Positions 63,870-64,000 of a stretch of 64,000 bases of DNA are shown in pieces. The position numbers were made by a program, and so were the translations under genes. Source of the DNA: Phallusia mammillata (Eukaryota); assembly GCA_965637545.1 (NCBI GenBank), contig OZ281500.1:18538001-18602000 (forward strand), given 5' to 3'. Positions within the stretch are counted from its first letter, which is position 1. Each line of letters begins with the position of its first letter. Under the pieces are notes generated by a model. It saw only the letters and a program-made list of their open reading frames with translations, had not been told where the DNA came from and searched no databases.

Positions 63870-64000
63870 CTGGTCCAAAAAGCAAAAGGCAATGATACGT
63901 AAATTAAGTGTGTTGACATTCAATTTGTCGCCAACCAAATTAAATTGTTTCTTGCATGCCTGGTTAAACTATGAGGCAAGTATCAGCGGTTCTTAACGTT

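Overview
AT-rich, intron-dense invertebrate genomic DNA, most likely from an ascidian tunicate (inference from short introns, gene content and a 7TM family I associate with Ciona; no database search was run). Eight multi-exon genes were rebuilt by hand from phase-compatible splice sites: the 3' part of CFAP47 (+), a lineage-specific 7TM/GPCR-like gene (-), CHM/REP1 (-) head-to-head with NAE1 (+), TMEM41B/stasimon (+), FBXO8 (+), a CARF-like transcription factor (-) and an unrecognised Ser-rich gene (-) running off the window end. Introns and intergenic DNA carry many hAT elements with intact target-site duplications, including a full-length but inactivated Buster/SPIN-type transposon inside a 17-bp minisatellite, plus two long foldback elements. 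The most striking item is an apparently intact, extended type I hammerhead ribozyme in sense orientation inside a CFAP47 intron (10657-10752), accompanied by several degenerate Penelope-type hammerhead cores. Also notable: a U12 minor-spliceosome intron and an alternative 166-aa N-terminal exon in TMEM41B, and a GC-AG intron in CHM.
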